Origin: Mobula hypostoma
Lineage: Eukaryota
Direction: 5' to 3'
Length of the DNA: 64,000 nt
NCBI RefSeq assembly: GCF_963921235.1
Contig: NC_086103.1
Location: 72,788,001-72,852,000 of the forward strand
The position numbers and the translations under genes are program-made. Positions 51,301-64,000 of the stretch are shown in pieces. Below the pieces are notes generated by a model. It saw only the letters and a list, made by a program, of their open reading frames with translations. It was not told the origin of the DNA and did no database searches. Positions within the stretch are counted from its first letter, which is position 1. The number at the start of each line of letters is the position of its first letter.

Positions 51301-51862
51301 CACTACTGTTTTATGCTGATGCCTTACTATTGCTGCAAAAAGACAGAAAGCATCCCGCCGGCTCTCTTTCCTCCTGGGAAAACCCAGTGATTTAAGTATA
51401 GAAAAAATATGATGTCCCATTTCAACCCCAGTGAAATCTAACTGGTCTGACGGATTTACTGGCATCCATAACCCATTAGCAGGTTAGCGAGACTTCCAAA
51501 GCCTGCACTATTATTTGTCCACCCTGGTCTCTCTATCTCTCAAATGGAGAGTCATCTCTTTTAAATAACCTCTTAAAGAAATGTATTTCTGCTCAAAAAG
51601 CGAAACCCTGCTTGCAGCACCAAGTTTAATATTATATCAGGTACATGAGTCCAGCAAGTAAGACAGAAAATACACTGACTTTGAATGGATATATTAATTA
51701 GTTATTTACAAATAATAAAAATTTGACCAAACATTCATGTTCCCCGAGTTCAGATATTACAAAGCTGACTACTCAACAAACATACTTAGTTAAAAGTACG
51801 TGCAGAACATACCTTCCTAATCGTCATGTGCATCCTTGCCTTAAACAAAGGAGGAAGAGAGA

Positions 51863-53331
51863 ACATGCTTCAACTCCGCCACCATCGTTCCCGTGCCGAA
51901 GAAGTCTTCAGTGTCCTGCCTCAACGAAACCATCCCATTGCACTCACATCCATCATCATGAAGTATTTCGAGAGGCTCGTCATGAGGCACATCAAGACCC
52001 TGCTGCCCCCCTCATTGGGCCCACCGCAGTTCCCGTACCATCCCAATCGTTCAACAGACACGCCATTGCCATCACCCTCCACCTGGACAAAAAAGACACG
52101 TACGTTCGAATGCTGTTGATAGACTTCAGTTCAGCATTCAACACAATCATTCCTCAGAAACTGCTTGGAAAGCTGAGCCTACTGGGCCTGAACTCCTCCC
52201 TCTGCAACTGGATCCTAGACTTCCTGACTGGGAGACCTCAGTCAGTCCAGGTCAGAAGAGGCATCTCCAACACCATCATACTGAGCACGGGGGCCCCCCC
52301 AGGGTGTGTGCTCAGTCCACTGCTGTTCACTCTGCTGACCCATGACTGTGCTGCAACACACAGCTCGAACCACATCATCAAGTTCGCCAATGACACGACC
52401 GTGGTGGGTCTCATCAGCAAGAACGATGAGTCAGCATACAGAGAGGAGGTGCAATAGCTAACGGACTGGTGCAGAGCCAACAACCTGTCTCCAAATGTGA
52501 ACAAAACAAAAGAGATGGTTGTTGACTTCAGGAGGACATAGAGCGACCACTCTTCACTGTACATCGACGACTCTTCCATAGAGATCGTTAAGAGCACCAA
52601 ATTCCTTGGTGTTCACCTGGTGGAGAATCTCACCTGGTCCCTCAATACCAGCTCCATAGCAAAGAAAGCCCAGCAGCGTCTCTACTTTCTGCGAAGGCTG
52701 AGAAAAGTCCATCTCCCATTCCCCCATCCTCACCACATTCTACAGAGGTTATATTGAGAGCATCCTGAGCAGCTGCATCACTGTCTGGTTTGGAAATTGC
52801 ACCATCTTGAATCACAAGACCCTGCAGCGGATAGTGAGGTCAGCTGGGAAGAGCATTGGGGTCTCTCTTCCCGCCATTACAGACATTTATACTACACACT
52901 GCATCCGCAAAGCAAAAAGCATTATGAAAGACCCCACGCACCCCTCATACAAACTCTTCTCCCTCCTGCCATCTGGCAAAAGGCACTGAAGCATTCTGGC
53001 TCTGATGACCAGACTATGTAACAATTTCTTCCTCCAAGCCATCAGACTCCTCAATATCCAGAGCCTGAACTGACACCAACCTACTGCCCTCTACTGTGCC
53101 TATTGTCTTGTTAATATTTATTGTAATTCTTGCACTGTTTTGTGCACTTTATGCAGTCCTGGGTAGGTCTGTAGACTAGTGTAGTGTTTGTGTTGTTTTA
53201 TGTAGTTCAGTATAGTTTTTGTATTGTTTCATGTAGCACCATGGTCCTGAAAAACATTGTCTCGTTTTTACTGTGTACTGTACCAGTAGTTTCGATCGAA
53301 ATGACAATAAAAAGTGACTTGACTTGACTTG
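51863..53331 (+). mobile_element. Rex1/Babar LINE, 5'-truncated
   Basis: [64 protein letters not shown]; AATAAA followed by a (ttgac)n tail. Confidence 0.9.
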
Positions 53332-54222
53332 AAAGCCTCTTCCATGTGCAATTGTATATACCCAGGATATCTGAAACTGGATACCAGGCAGTTATCCAAT
53401 GGGAAAAGATCCTGCGCTTTCTAAACTAACTAATCACAACGGAAGCAAATTTTGACAGTCAGAATAAGGCAAACCCCCACAAGACAATGATTTAACAGAA
53501 CTAATTTCCTGTCATAGGGTAGAGATCTTGGACTCTACTCTCTGCCGATATCGTCTCACTAGAGCCGGTGCTCATTATAGCCGAAACTTCAATAAATGTT
53601 TTATCAATATCGTCTCTCCTCCCGGAGTTTCACCCTGAGGAGTTCCAATAAGTAGGGTAGAGATATTAACTACTAATTCCACTTTTAGCAGTTTATATCT
53701 TTAGTTAGTTTCTATAGTTTGCCGCATTTCTATCATTTGCCTACGCCTGCGTCAGCCACATCTTGTACTCATATAACTATTTTTTCAAGTTCTTTCTTTT
53801 TTGAATTCAGTAAACCTCATTTACACCCCTCCACAAGTGAAGCTTTCTAACATTGCATCTTTGGGTTTAACTAACCTGGGTTACAGTAACTTTAAAGATG
53901 ACCTGAAGAACCGCATTGTGTGACTGTGCTGTAGTGTACAGAGAGGAAGATTGAATCTTGGATGCATGTTTTAATCACCTGAGTTTATCACAAAGGCGAG
54001 ACATGCTTCTTAAGAACGGTCATCATGTCAATATGTGGAGGCTATTCTGACAACCTAATCAACCTAACCCTCACAGAATCAAGGTGCTCACTGTCTGCTG
54101 GGTGAGTCTAGGTGTATGGCAACATGGTTGGAATTAAAGGTGAAGCAGCAGTTGTGATGGTTCAATAAATACACATGAATTGCTGTTAGCTTTCTGTCCA
54201 ACATTCACATTTGATTTGAAAG

Positions 54223-54274
54223 CTGAGAAGAAACAGGAAGTGAATATTTCACAGCAAGACACACAACACCATTG
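54223..54274 (+). CDS. Alternative candidate cytoplasmic exon (52 nt, phase 1-2): PEKKQEVNISQQDTQHH
   Basis: Weak AAG acceptor, GTAAAG donor, open in phase 1; the phase fits the post-TM exon of mammalian TIM genes as recalled. Confidence 0.3.
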
Positions 54275-54754
54275 GTAAAGAGTGACTTCTATCCTGACCG
54301 AAATATTGTTATGGCATTGTAAAAACATTGTAAACTGCCTCCAGTGTAGATGAATGGCAGGGGAATAACAGGGAGCTGTGGGAGAAAGGTTCCATGAAGA
54401 TAGTGTGGAGTGCATCTAACAGGAACATATGGACAGATGATATAATCTCGATGTGCTGGATGGTTCTCTTCACTGCCATTTTCCAGCACTACCCCGTATC
54501 TCTGGACTCCATGTCCAAACGTCCATCAATCTGTGATTAAAACAAACACAATAACTGAGCTTCTGCACCACCCCAGAAAGCTCCTCTCATCTGTATCTCA
54601 ACTGGCCTATCCCAAGTTCCATAATCTTTCCTGACACCTACCCTGCCATTTTCTCCAATGTTTTTGTTTTGTTCTCCCGTTCTCCTAAGCTTGATATTAC
54701 AGTCACACTCGACTCAGTTTCTCCTCTTAGAAGAACCCACTAGCACAGTAACAC

Positions 54755-55868
54755 AATATGTGTGGGTGGAGAATTGGTTAGCAGACAGGAAGCAAAGAGT
54801 GGGAATAAACGGGACCTTTTCAGAATGGCAGGCAGTGACTAGTGGGGTACCGCAAGGCTCAGTGCTGGGACCCCAGTTGTTTACAATATATATTAATGAC
54901 TTGGATGAGGGAATTAAATGCAGCATCTCCAAGTTTGCGGATGACACGAAGCTGGGTGGCAGTGTTAGCAGTGAGGAGGATGCTAAGAGGATGCAGGGTG
55001 ACTTGGATAGGTTGGGTGAGTGGGCAAATTCATGGCAGATGCAATTTAATGTGGATAAATGTGAAGTTATCCACTTTGGTGACAAAAATAGGAAAACAGA
55101 TTATTATCTGAATGGTGGCCGATTAGGAAAAGGGGAGGTGCAATGAGACCTGGGTGTCATTATACACCAGTCATTGAAAGTGGGCATGCAGGTACAGCAG
55201 GCGGTGAAAAAGGCGAATGGTATGCTGGCATTTATAGCGAGAGGATTCGAGTACAGGAGCAGGGACGTACTATTGCAGTTGTACAAGGCCTTGGTGAGAC
55301 CACACCTGGAGTATTGTGTGCAGTTTTGGTCCCCTAATCTGAGGAAAGACATCTTTGCCATAGAGAGAGTACAAAGAAGGTTCACCAGATTGATTCCTGG
55401 GATGGCGGGACTTTCATATGAAGAAAGACTGGATGAATTGGGCTTGTACTCGTTGGAATTTAGAAGATTGAGGGGGGGATCTGATTGAAACGTATAAGAT
55501 CCTAAAGGGATTGGACAGGCTAGATGCAGGAAGATTGTTCCCGATGTTGGGGAAGTCCAGAACGAGGGGTCACAGTTTGAGGATAGGGGGGAAGCCTTTT
55601 AGGACCGAGATTAGGAAAAACTTCTTCACACAGAGAGTGGTGAATCTGTGGAATTCTCTGCCACAGGAAACTGTTGAGGCCAGTTCATTGGCTATATTGA
55701 AGAGGGAGTTAGATATGGCTCTTGTGGCTACGGGGGTCAGGGGGTATGGAGGGAAGGCTGGGGCGGGGTTCTGAGTTGGATGATCAGCCATGATCATAAT
55801 AAATGGTGGTGCAGGCTCGAAGGGCCGAATGGCCTACTCCTGCACCTATTTTCTATGTTTCTATGTTT
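54755..55868 (+). mobile_element. Young CR1 3' fragment
   Basis: [33 protein letters not shown]; ttctatg tail; nearly identical to the 3' part of 61588-63894. Confidence 0.92.
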
Positions 55869-56899
55869 CCCCGTGCTTTCCCTATGGTAAGTAAATCCTT
55901 TCTTTTGACAATAAACCAAAACTACAACAGAGAACAAGTCAAGGCCCCATATAACTGAAGTTTTGCTTCCTTACTCCTGCAGTGAAACTCTCATTAATCA
56001 AGGATAACCAGTCATTTGTACATACACGTTGGTCTGAATCATCTTGTGTACCATTTTGCTAAACTCTAACACTGCCCAGTCACTGACCACTAGGTTCAGG
56101 AACAGCTATTATCCTTCATCCATCAGACTCTTGAACCAGCGTGCATTACTTGACTCACCTCAAACTTGACTGCATTTCACAATCTATGAAGTCACTTTCC
56201 AGGGATTTGCATTATTTATTTATTTAGTTAGTAATACACAAAATGCTGGAGGAACTCAGCAGGTCAGACAGCATCAATGGAAAGAAATAAAGTGTCGATA
56301 CTTTGAGCTAAGAGCCTTCATCAGGACTTGAAAGGAAGGGGGAAGGAGGTGTGGGAGGGGAAGGAGTACAAGCCAGCTGAGGGGGAATGTATGTAGCTGG
56401 GTGGGGAGGGAGACGCTGTGGTAGTGAGTCTGGCTGAATACGTGGTCAGAGAGCCTGACAGCAGTGGAGATTACAAAGTGGAAGCAACATGAGGGGGTTT
56501 CACTGAACTCCCGTCTGTTATGTTTTGTAACAAGAAACTAATTCAAAGGAAGACACAGGGAGTCTGAAATACCTGTTTATTTACTTCATGCGAGGCAAAA
56601 ATGTATCATGTGGTACCGTGGTGATGTATGCAATTAACATACTTTTACATATAATCCATAATGAATTATTTAAGTGAACAAGAATGCTTAATCAAACAAT
56701 ATAGGTACGACATTACTCAAATATTAGTGACATATCAGATACACAACACCATGAAGTAAATGCTCGAAGAGTCTGAGGGCAACAGAGATCACAGAGGGGG
56801 AGCAATGAGAGAGGGTTTCACTGAACTCCCACAAGGAGAAGATTTAAACTTCTTCAGGGTAGGGTTGCCTTGAAGAGTGTGGACAGATCGCAGTTCTGG

Positions 56900-57700
56900 T
56901 ACAGCTTCACCTTGGCGTAGATGCTGTACTTGGTTGATCTCCATATGTTTCTCGTTGATCTGAAGGCATTTCTAGCTTTGCTGGGTCTGCCAGTGCTGGA
57001 TGTCGTTCTTGGTCCCACTATCCTGCCAAATGATGCTGTTCAGGTAGGTGAATCTGCCGGTGCTGGATAAGTCAAAGCCATATCATATGTCCTAACAGGA
57101 GGAGGAGACTTTACATTGAGGGTCATAGTCTCACTCTTTCTCTGGCTGACTCTGAGTCCAGCCTGTCCACCAAAGGAACACAAGTGGTGAGTTTCCTCTT
57201 GCCATGTGCTGGTATGTATGTGATAGTAATATAAAGTCATCTGCACAGTCAAGATCTTCTAAAGTTGAGAATAGTTGTTCACCTAATGCTTCTCTGCTTA
57301 TTTTTCGTTGTTTGCCTCATAACCCAGTCAATCACTAGGGTAAATAATATCGCCAACATCACAGAGCCTTGCCTGACTCCCGTCCTGACTTCAAAGCTCA
57401 AATTGCAGTCCGAACTGTGCAGGTGAAATTAGCATACAAACTCTGGATAAGCTGAACAAACAATTTTGGAGGGGATTCCATATGATCTGAGAGTTCGCCA
57501 GAGGCTCTCCCTGTGAATGCTATCAAAAGGCTTTTCAAAGTCCACAAAATTCACATACCAAACTGTTCTGTGATGTTACACAGCATGAAGTTCTGGTCAG
57601 TACAGCCTCTTTTCCTCTTAAAGGTAGTTTTCTCTTTCCGCAAGCACATATCGACAGTATCTGCAATCCATTGGACAATCACTTTGGTGAGAATCACTTG
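56900..57700 (-). mobile_element. RTE-clade LINE fragments
   Basis: KRKRGCTDQ, aaaagccttttgatagc-type RT segment and ggagtcaggcaaggctctgtgatg on the minus strand. Confidence 0.6.
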
Positions 57701-57734
57701 GCATTCCCTTCTTGGGGATCCTATTGTTTGGAAA

Positions 57735-60700
57735 GCGGCCAGTGCGTGAGTGGGCCAGTGAAGGAGTGGAGCTTTGAGGCTTTGACTCGAGAGGCTTCGA
57801 CGAGAAGAGGCGGAGGACAAGCTAGCTCGCAGTTAGTTTTTACAATGTCTCCTGAGATGGTGATCTGCCTCTCATGTGAGATGTAGCAGTCTTGGGGGAA
57901 CGCCCCTCTCCCGCAGAGTCACATCTGCCAGAAGTGCATACGGGTGGGCGATCTGGAAGACCGCGTAAGGAATCTGGAGCAGCAGCTGGATGACCTTCGA
58001 CTCATAAGGGATAATGAAGCAGTCATAGATGAGAGCTACAGGGAGGTAGTCACACCTAGGCTGTCGGAAGCAGGTCGTTAGGTGACAGTCAGAGGGGGGA
58101 AAGCGAAGGTGAGCAGACAGGTAGTGCAGAGCATCCCTGTAGCCATTCCCCTGAATAATAAGTTTACCGTCCTGGATACTGTTGGCAGGGACGACCAACC
58201 AGGTGTGAGCCACGGTGGCAGGGCGTCCGGCACTGAGTCTGACCCTGTGGTGCAGAAGGGTGGGACGGAGAAGAGGAGAGCTGTCGTCATTGGAAACTCT
58301 ACAGTCAGGGGAGCAGACAGGAGATTTTGTGGACGTGAGAAGGACACCTGCATGGTTTGTTGCCTCCCGGGTGCCAGATTCCGGGATGTCTCTGACCGGG
58401 TGCACGACATCCTGGTACGAGAGGGAAAGCAACCAGAAGTTGTGATACGTGCTGGGACCAACGACATAGGCAGGAAGAGGGATGAGGTCCTGAAGTGTGA
58501 GTTTCGGGAATTAGGCAGAAGACTGAAGAAGAGGACCTCAATGGTGATGTTCTCAGGATTGCTGCCAGTGCTACGTGACAGAGATGGTAAAAATTGGAGG
58601 AGATGGCAGTTGAATGCATGGCTGAGGAGTTGGTGCAGGGAGCAGGGTTTTAGATTTTGAGATCATTGGGATCTCTTCTGGGGAAGGTGGGACCTGTACA
58701 GATTGGATGGGTTGCACCTGAACTCAAGGGGGAGCAATATCCTTGCAGGTAGGTTTGCTAGCATGGTTCAGGAGGGTTTAAACTAATTTGCGAGGGGGAT
58801 GGGACCCAGAGCGATAGAGCAGTGAAAGAAGTGCATGGAGTAAAGCCACATCTAAATACAGAGAGGCTTTGAGGAAAGAGAAGCAGAATAAACGGTGTAA
58901 AGACAGTAAGGTGGAAGGGCTGAAATGTGTGTACCTCAATGCAAGAAGCATCAGGAACAAAGGTGATGAACTGAGAGCTTGGATACATGCATGGAATTAT
59001 GATGTAGTGGCCATTACAGAGACTTGGTTGGCACCAGGGCAGGAATGGATTCTCAATATTCCTGGATTTCAGTGCTTTAAAAGGGTTAGAGAGGGCGGAA
59101 AAAGGGGAGGAGGGGTGGCACTGGTCAAGGATACTATTACAGCTACAGAAAGGGTGGGTAATGTAGCAGGATTCTCTTTTGAGTCAATATGGGTGGAAGT
59201 CAGGAACGGGAAGGGAGCAATTACTCTACTGGGGGTATTCTATAGGTCCCCTGGTAGCAGCAGAGATACAGAGGAGCAGATTGGGAGGCAGATTTTGGAA
59301 AGGTGCAAAAATAACAAGGTTATTATCATGGGTGACTTTAACTTCCCTAATATTGATTGGCACCTGATTAGTTCCAAGGGTTTAGATGGGGCAGACTTTG
59401 TTAAGTGTGTCCAGGATGGATTCCTGTCACAGTATGTGGACCGGCTGACCAGGGGGAATGCCATACTAAATCTAGTACTAGGTAATGAACTGGGTCAGGT
59501 CACAGATCTCTCATTGGGTGAGCATCTGGGGGACAGTGACCACTGCTCCCTGGCCTTTATAATTATCATGGAAAAGGATAGAATCAAGGAGGACAGGAAA
59601 ATTTTTAATTGGGGAAAGGCAAATTATGAGGCTATAAGGCTAGAACATGCGGTTGTGAATTGGGATGATGTTTTTGCAGGGAAATGTACTATGGACATGT
59701 GGTCGATGTTTAGAGGTCTCTTGCGGGATGTAAGGGATAAATTTGTCCCGGTGAGGAAGATAAAGAATGGTAGGGTGAAGGAACCATGGGTGACAAGTGA
59801 GGTGGAAAATCTAGTCAGGTGGAAGAAGGCAGCATACATGAGGTTTAGGAAGCAAGGATCAGATGGGTCTATTAAGGAATATAAGGAAGCAAGAAAGGAG
59901 CTTAAGAAGGGGCTGAGAAGAGCAAGAAGGGGGCATGAGAAGGCCTTGGCGAGTAGGGTAAAGGAAAACCCCAAGGCATTCTTCAATTATCTGAAGAAAA
60001 AAAGGATGACAGGAGTGAAGGTAGGACCAATTAGAGATAAAGGTGGGAAGATGTGCCTGGAGGCTGTGGAAGTGAGTGAGGTCCTCAATGAATACTTCTC
60101 TTCGGTATTCACCAATGAGAGGGAACTTGATGATGGTGAGGACAATATGAGTGAGGTTGATGTTCTGGAGCATGTTGATATTAAGGGAGAGGAGGTGTTG
60201 GAGCTGTTAAAATACATTAGGACAGATAAATCCCCGGGGCCTGAACGGAATATTCCCCAGGCTGCTCCACGAGGCGAGAGAAGAGATTGTTGAGCCTCTG
60301 GCCAGGATCTTTATGTCCTCGTTGTCCATGGGAATGGTACCGGAGGATTGGAGGGAGGTGAATGCTGTTCCCTTGTTCAAAAAAGGTAGTAGGGATAGTC
60401 CGGGTAATTATAGACCAGTGAGCCTTACGTCTGTGGTGGGAAAGCTGTTGGAAAAGATTCTTAGAGATAGGATCTATAGGCATTTAGAGAATCATGGTCT
60501 GATCAGGGACAGTCAGCATGGCTTTGTGAAGGGCAGATCGTGTCTAACAAGCCTGATAGAGTTCTTTGAGGAGGTGACCAGGCATATAGATGAGGGTAGT
60601 GCAGTGGATGTGATCTATATCGATTTTAGTAAGGCATTTGACAAGGTTCCACACGGTAGGCTTATTCAGAAAGTCAGAAGGCATGGGATCCAGGGAAGTT

Positions 60701-63700
60701 TGGCCAGGTGGATTCAGAATTGGCTTGCCTGCAGAAGGCAGAAGGTGGTGGTGGAGGGAGTACATTCAGATTGGAGGATTGTGACTAGTGGTGTCCCACA
60801 TGGATCTGTTCTGGGATCTCTACTTCTCGTGATTTTTATTAACAACTTGGATGTGGGGGTAGAAGGGTGGATTGGCAAGTTTTCAGACAACAGAAAGGTT
60901 GGTGGTGTTGTAGATAGTGTAGAGGATTGTCAAAGATTGCAGAGAGACATTGATAGGATGCGGAGGTGGGCTGAGAAGTGGCAGATGGAGTTCAACCCGG
61001 AGAAGTGTAAGGTGGTACACTTTGGAAAGACAAACTCCAAGGCAGAGTACAAAGTAAACGGCAGGATACTTGGTAGTGTGGAGGAGCAGAGGGATCTCGA
61101 GGTACATGTCCACAGATCCCTGAAAGTTGCCTCACAGGTGGATAGGGTAGTTAAGAAAGCTTATGGGGTGTTAGCTTTTATAAGTCGAGGGATAGAGTTT
61201 AAGAGTCGCGATGTAATGATGCGGCTCTATAAAACTCTGGTTAGGCCACACTTGGAGTATAGTGTCCAGTTCTGGTCACCTCACTATAGGAAGGATGTGG
61301 AAGCATTGGAAAGGGTACAGAGGAGATTTACCAGGATGCTGCCTGGTTTAGAAAGTATGTATTATGATCAGAGATTAAGGGAGCTAGGGCTTTACTCTTT
61401 GGAGAGAAGGAGGATGAGAGGAGACATGATAGAGGTGTACAAGATAATAAGAGGAATAGATAGAGTGGATAGCCAACGCCTCTTCCCCAGGGCACCACTG
61501 CTCAATACAAGAGGACATGGCTTTAAGGTAAGGGGTGAGAAGTTCAAGGGGGATATTAGAGGAAGGTTTTTAACTCAGAGAGTGGTTACATAGAAACATA
61601 GAAAACAGGTGCAGGAGTAGGCCATTCGGCCCTCCGAGCCTGCACCGCCATTTATTATGATCATGGCTGATCATCAAACTCAGAACCCTGCACCAGCCTT
61701 CCCTCCATACCCCCTGATCCCTGTAGCCACAAGGGCCATATCTAACTCCCTCTTAAATATAGCCAATGAACTGGCCTCAACTGTTGCCTGTGGCAGAGAA
61801 TTCCACAGATTCACCACTCTCTGTGTGAAGATGTTTTTCCTAATCTCAGTCCTAAAAGGCTTCCCCTCTATCCTCAAACTGTGACCCCTCGTTCTGGACT
61901 TCCCCAACATCGGGAACAATCTTCCTGCATCTAGCCTGTCCAATCCCTTTAGGATTTTATACGTTTCAATCAGATCCCCCCTCAATCTTCTAAATTCCAA
62001 CGAGTACAAGCCTAGTTCATCCAGTCTTTCTTCATATGAAAGTCCTGCCATCCCAGGAATCAATCTGGTGAACCTTCTTTGTACTCCCTGTATGGCAAGG
62101 AAGTCTTTCCTCAGATTAGGGGACCAAAACTGCACACAATACTCCAGGTGTGATCTTACAAGGCCTTGTACAACTGCAGCAGTACCTCCCTGCTCCTGTA
62201 CTCAAATCCTCTCGCTATAAATGCCAGCATACCATTCGCCTTTTTCACCGCCTGCTGTACCTGCATGCCCACTTTCAATGACTGGTGTATAATGACACCC
62301 AGGTCTCGTTGCACCTCCCCTTTTCCTAATCGGCCACCATTCAGATAATAATCTGTTTTCCTATTTTTGCCACCAAAGTGGATAACTTCACATTTATCCA
62401 CATTAAATTGCATCTGCCATGAATTTGCCCACTCACCCAACCTATCCAAGTCACCCTGCATCCTCTTAGCATCCTCCTCACAGCTAACACTACCGCCCAG
62501 CTTCATGTCATCCGCAAACTTGGAGATGCTGCATTTAATTCCCTCATCCAAGTCATTAATATATATTGTAAACAACTGGGGTCCCAGCACTGAGCCTTGC
62601 GGTACCCCACTAGTCACTGCCTGCCATTCTGAAAAGGTCCCGTTTATTCCCACTCTTTGCTTCCTGTCTGCTAAGCAATTCTCTATCCACATCAATACCT
62701 TACCCCCAATACCGTGTGCTATAAGTTTGCACTCCAATCTCCTGTGTGGGACTTTGTTAAAAGCCTTTTGAAAATCCAAATATACCACATCCACTGGTTC
62801 TCCCCTATCCACCCTACTAGTTACTTCCTCAAAAAATTCTATGAGATTCGTCAGACATGATTTTCCTTTCACAAATCCATGCTGACTTTGTCCGATGATT
62901 TCACCGCTTTCCAAATGTGCTGTTATCACATCTTTGATAACTGACTCTAGCAGTTTCCCCACCTCCGACGTTAGGCTAACCGGTCTATAATTCCCTGGTT
63001 TCTCTCTCCCTCCTTTTTTAAAAAGTGGGGTTACATTAGCCACCCTCCAATCCTCAGGAACTAGTCCAGAATCTAAAGAGTTTTGAAAAATTATCACTAA
63101 TGCATCCACTATTTCTTGGGCTACTTCCTTAAGCACTCTGGGATGCAGACCATCTGGCCCTGGGGATTTATCTGCCTTTAATCCCTTCAATTTACCTAAC
63201 ACCACTTCCCTACTAACATGTATTTCGCTCAGTTCCTCCATCTCACTGGACCCTCTGTCCCCTACTATTTCTGGAAGATTATTTATGTCCTCCTTAGTGA
63301 AGACAGAACCAAAGTAATTATTCAATTGATCTGCCATGTCCTTGCTCCCCATAATCAATTCACCTGTTTCTGTCTGTAGGGGACCTACATTTGTCTTTAC
63401 CAGTCTTTTCCTTTTTACATTATCTATAAAAGCTTTTACAGTCAGTTTTTATGTTCCCTGCCAGTTTTCTCTCATAATCTTTTTTCCCCTTCCTAATTAA
63501 GCCCTTTGTCCTCCTCTGCTGAACTCTGAATTTCTCCCAGTCCTCAGGTGAGCTACTTTTTCTGGCTAATTTGTATGCTTCTTCTTTGGAATTGATACTA
63601 TCCCTAATTTCTCTTGTCAGCCACGGGTGCACTACCTTCCTTGATTTATTCTTTTACCAAACTGGGATGAACAATTGTTGTAGTTCATCCATGCAATCCT

Positions 63701-64000
63701 TAAATGCTTGCCATTGCATATCCACCGTCAATCCTTTAAGTGTCATTTGCCAGTCTATCTTAGCTAATTCACGTCTCATACCTTCAAAGTTACCCCTCTT
63801 TAAGTTCAGAACCTTTGTTTCTGAATTAACTATGTCACTCTCCATCTTAATGAAGAATTCCACCATATTATGGTCACTCTTACCCAAGGGGCCTTGGTTG
63901 GTGCGTGGAATGCACTGCCTGAGTCAGCGGTGGAGGCAGATACACTACTGAAGTTTAAGAGACTACTAGACAGGTATATGGAGGAATCTAAGGTGGGGGC
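57735..64000 (+). mobile_element. Near full-length CR1 LINE (same family as 12013-16040), interrupted at 61588-63894 and running off the window end
   Basis: Esterase ORF1 and long ORF2 pieces of 474 aa and 426 aa; the 3' end resumes at 63895. Confidence 0.95.
61588..63894 (-). mobile_element. CR1 LINE nested antisense in the preceding CR1
   Basis: 400-aa RT ORF on the minus strand, tail acatagaaacatagaaa at 61588, direct repeat TGGTT at 61583-61587 and 63895-63899. Confidence 0.93.

Larger units (their letters stand above)
46086..53486 (-). mobile_element. Degenerate ERV-like LTR element; both LTRs carry nested non-LTR insertions
   Basis: Direct repeats 46086-46445 plus 48400-48453 and 51630-51862 plus 53332-53486. 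Minus-strand AATAAA and TATA-like motifs lie in the repeat. A PBS-like TGGTGCTGCAAGCAGGGTTTCG (minus, 51601-51622) resembles a tRNA-Ser 3' end. The internal 48450-51600 has no long ORF. Confidence 0.6.

Noticed and set aside
55983-56007. Candidate phase-2 terminal exon (ETLINQG*) behind a strong-looking acceptor
   Set aside because: The surrounding sequence looks like a decayed antisense CR1 fragment, which commonly mimics pyrimidine tracts.
58869-61593. Long 474-aa and 426-aa ORFs as possible host or domesticated genes
   Set aside because: They are frameshift-separated pieces of an ordinary CR1 ORF2; the same family is present at 13200-15480.

Overview
Vertebrate genomic DNA, most likely from a cartilaginous fish and probably a ray (inferred from the CR1, RTE, Rex1 and Penelope repeat repertoire). 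Most of the window is transposon-derived. The host content is a + strand TIM/HAVCR-family (T-cell immunoglobulin and mucin domain) locus built from tandem partial duplications. It holds two intact IgV exons (V1 643-990 and V2 18760-19107, the latter with its own leader exon at 18212-18263 and a CpG-rich promoter) and a half-deleted third V exon (35425-35643). Only one intact set of downstream exons was found: an 84-nt stalk at 32676-32759, a 59-nt stalk at 37813-37871, a TM exon at 40926-41034, and uncertain cytoplasmic exons. V1 has no recognisable TM exon in the gap-free 17 kb before the V2 promoter. The stalk-exon copies belonging to the V1 and V2 units have decayed while both V exons stay intact. 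The leading hypothesis is a variable leader-V cassette array feeding one shared constant region (or soluble forms), whose TM helix carries an arginine as activating adaptor-coupled receptors do. An assembly gap of about 200 N at 29458-29658 is the main caveat. All exon calls are manual splice-site readings without transcript data, and many TE boundaries are approximate.
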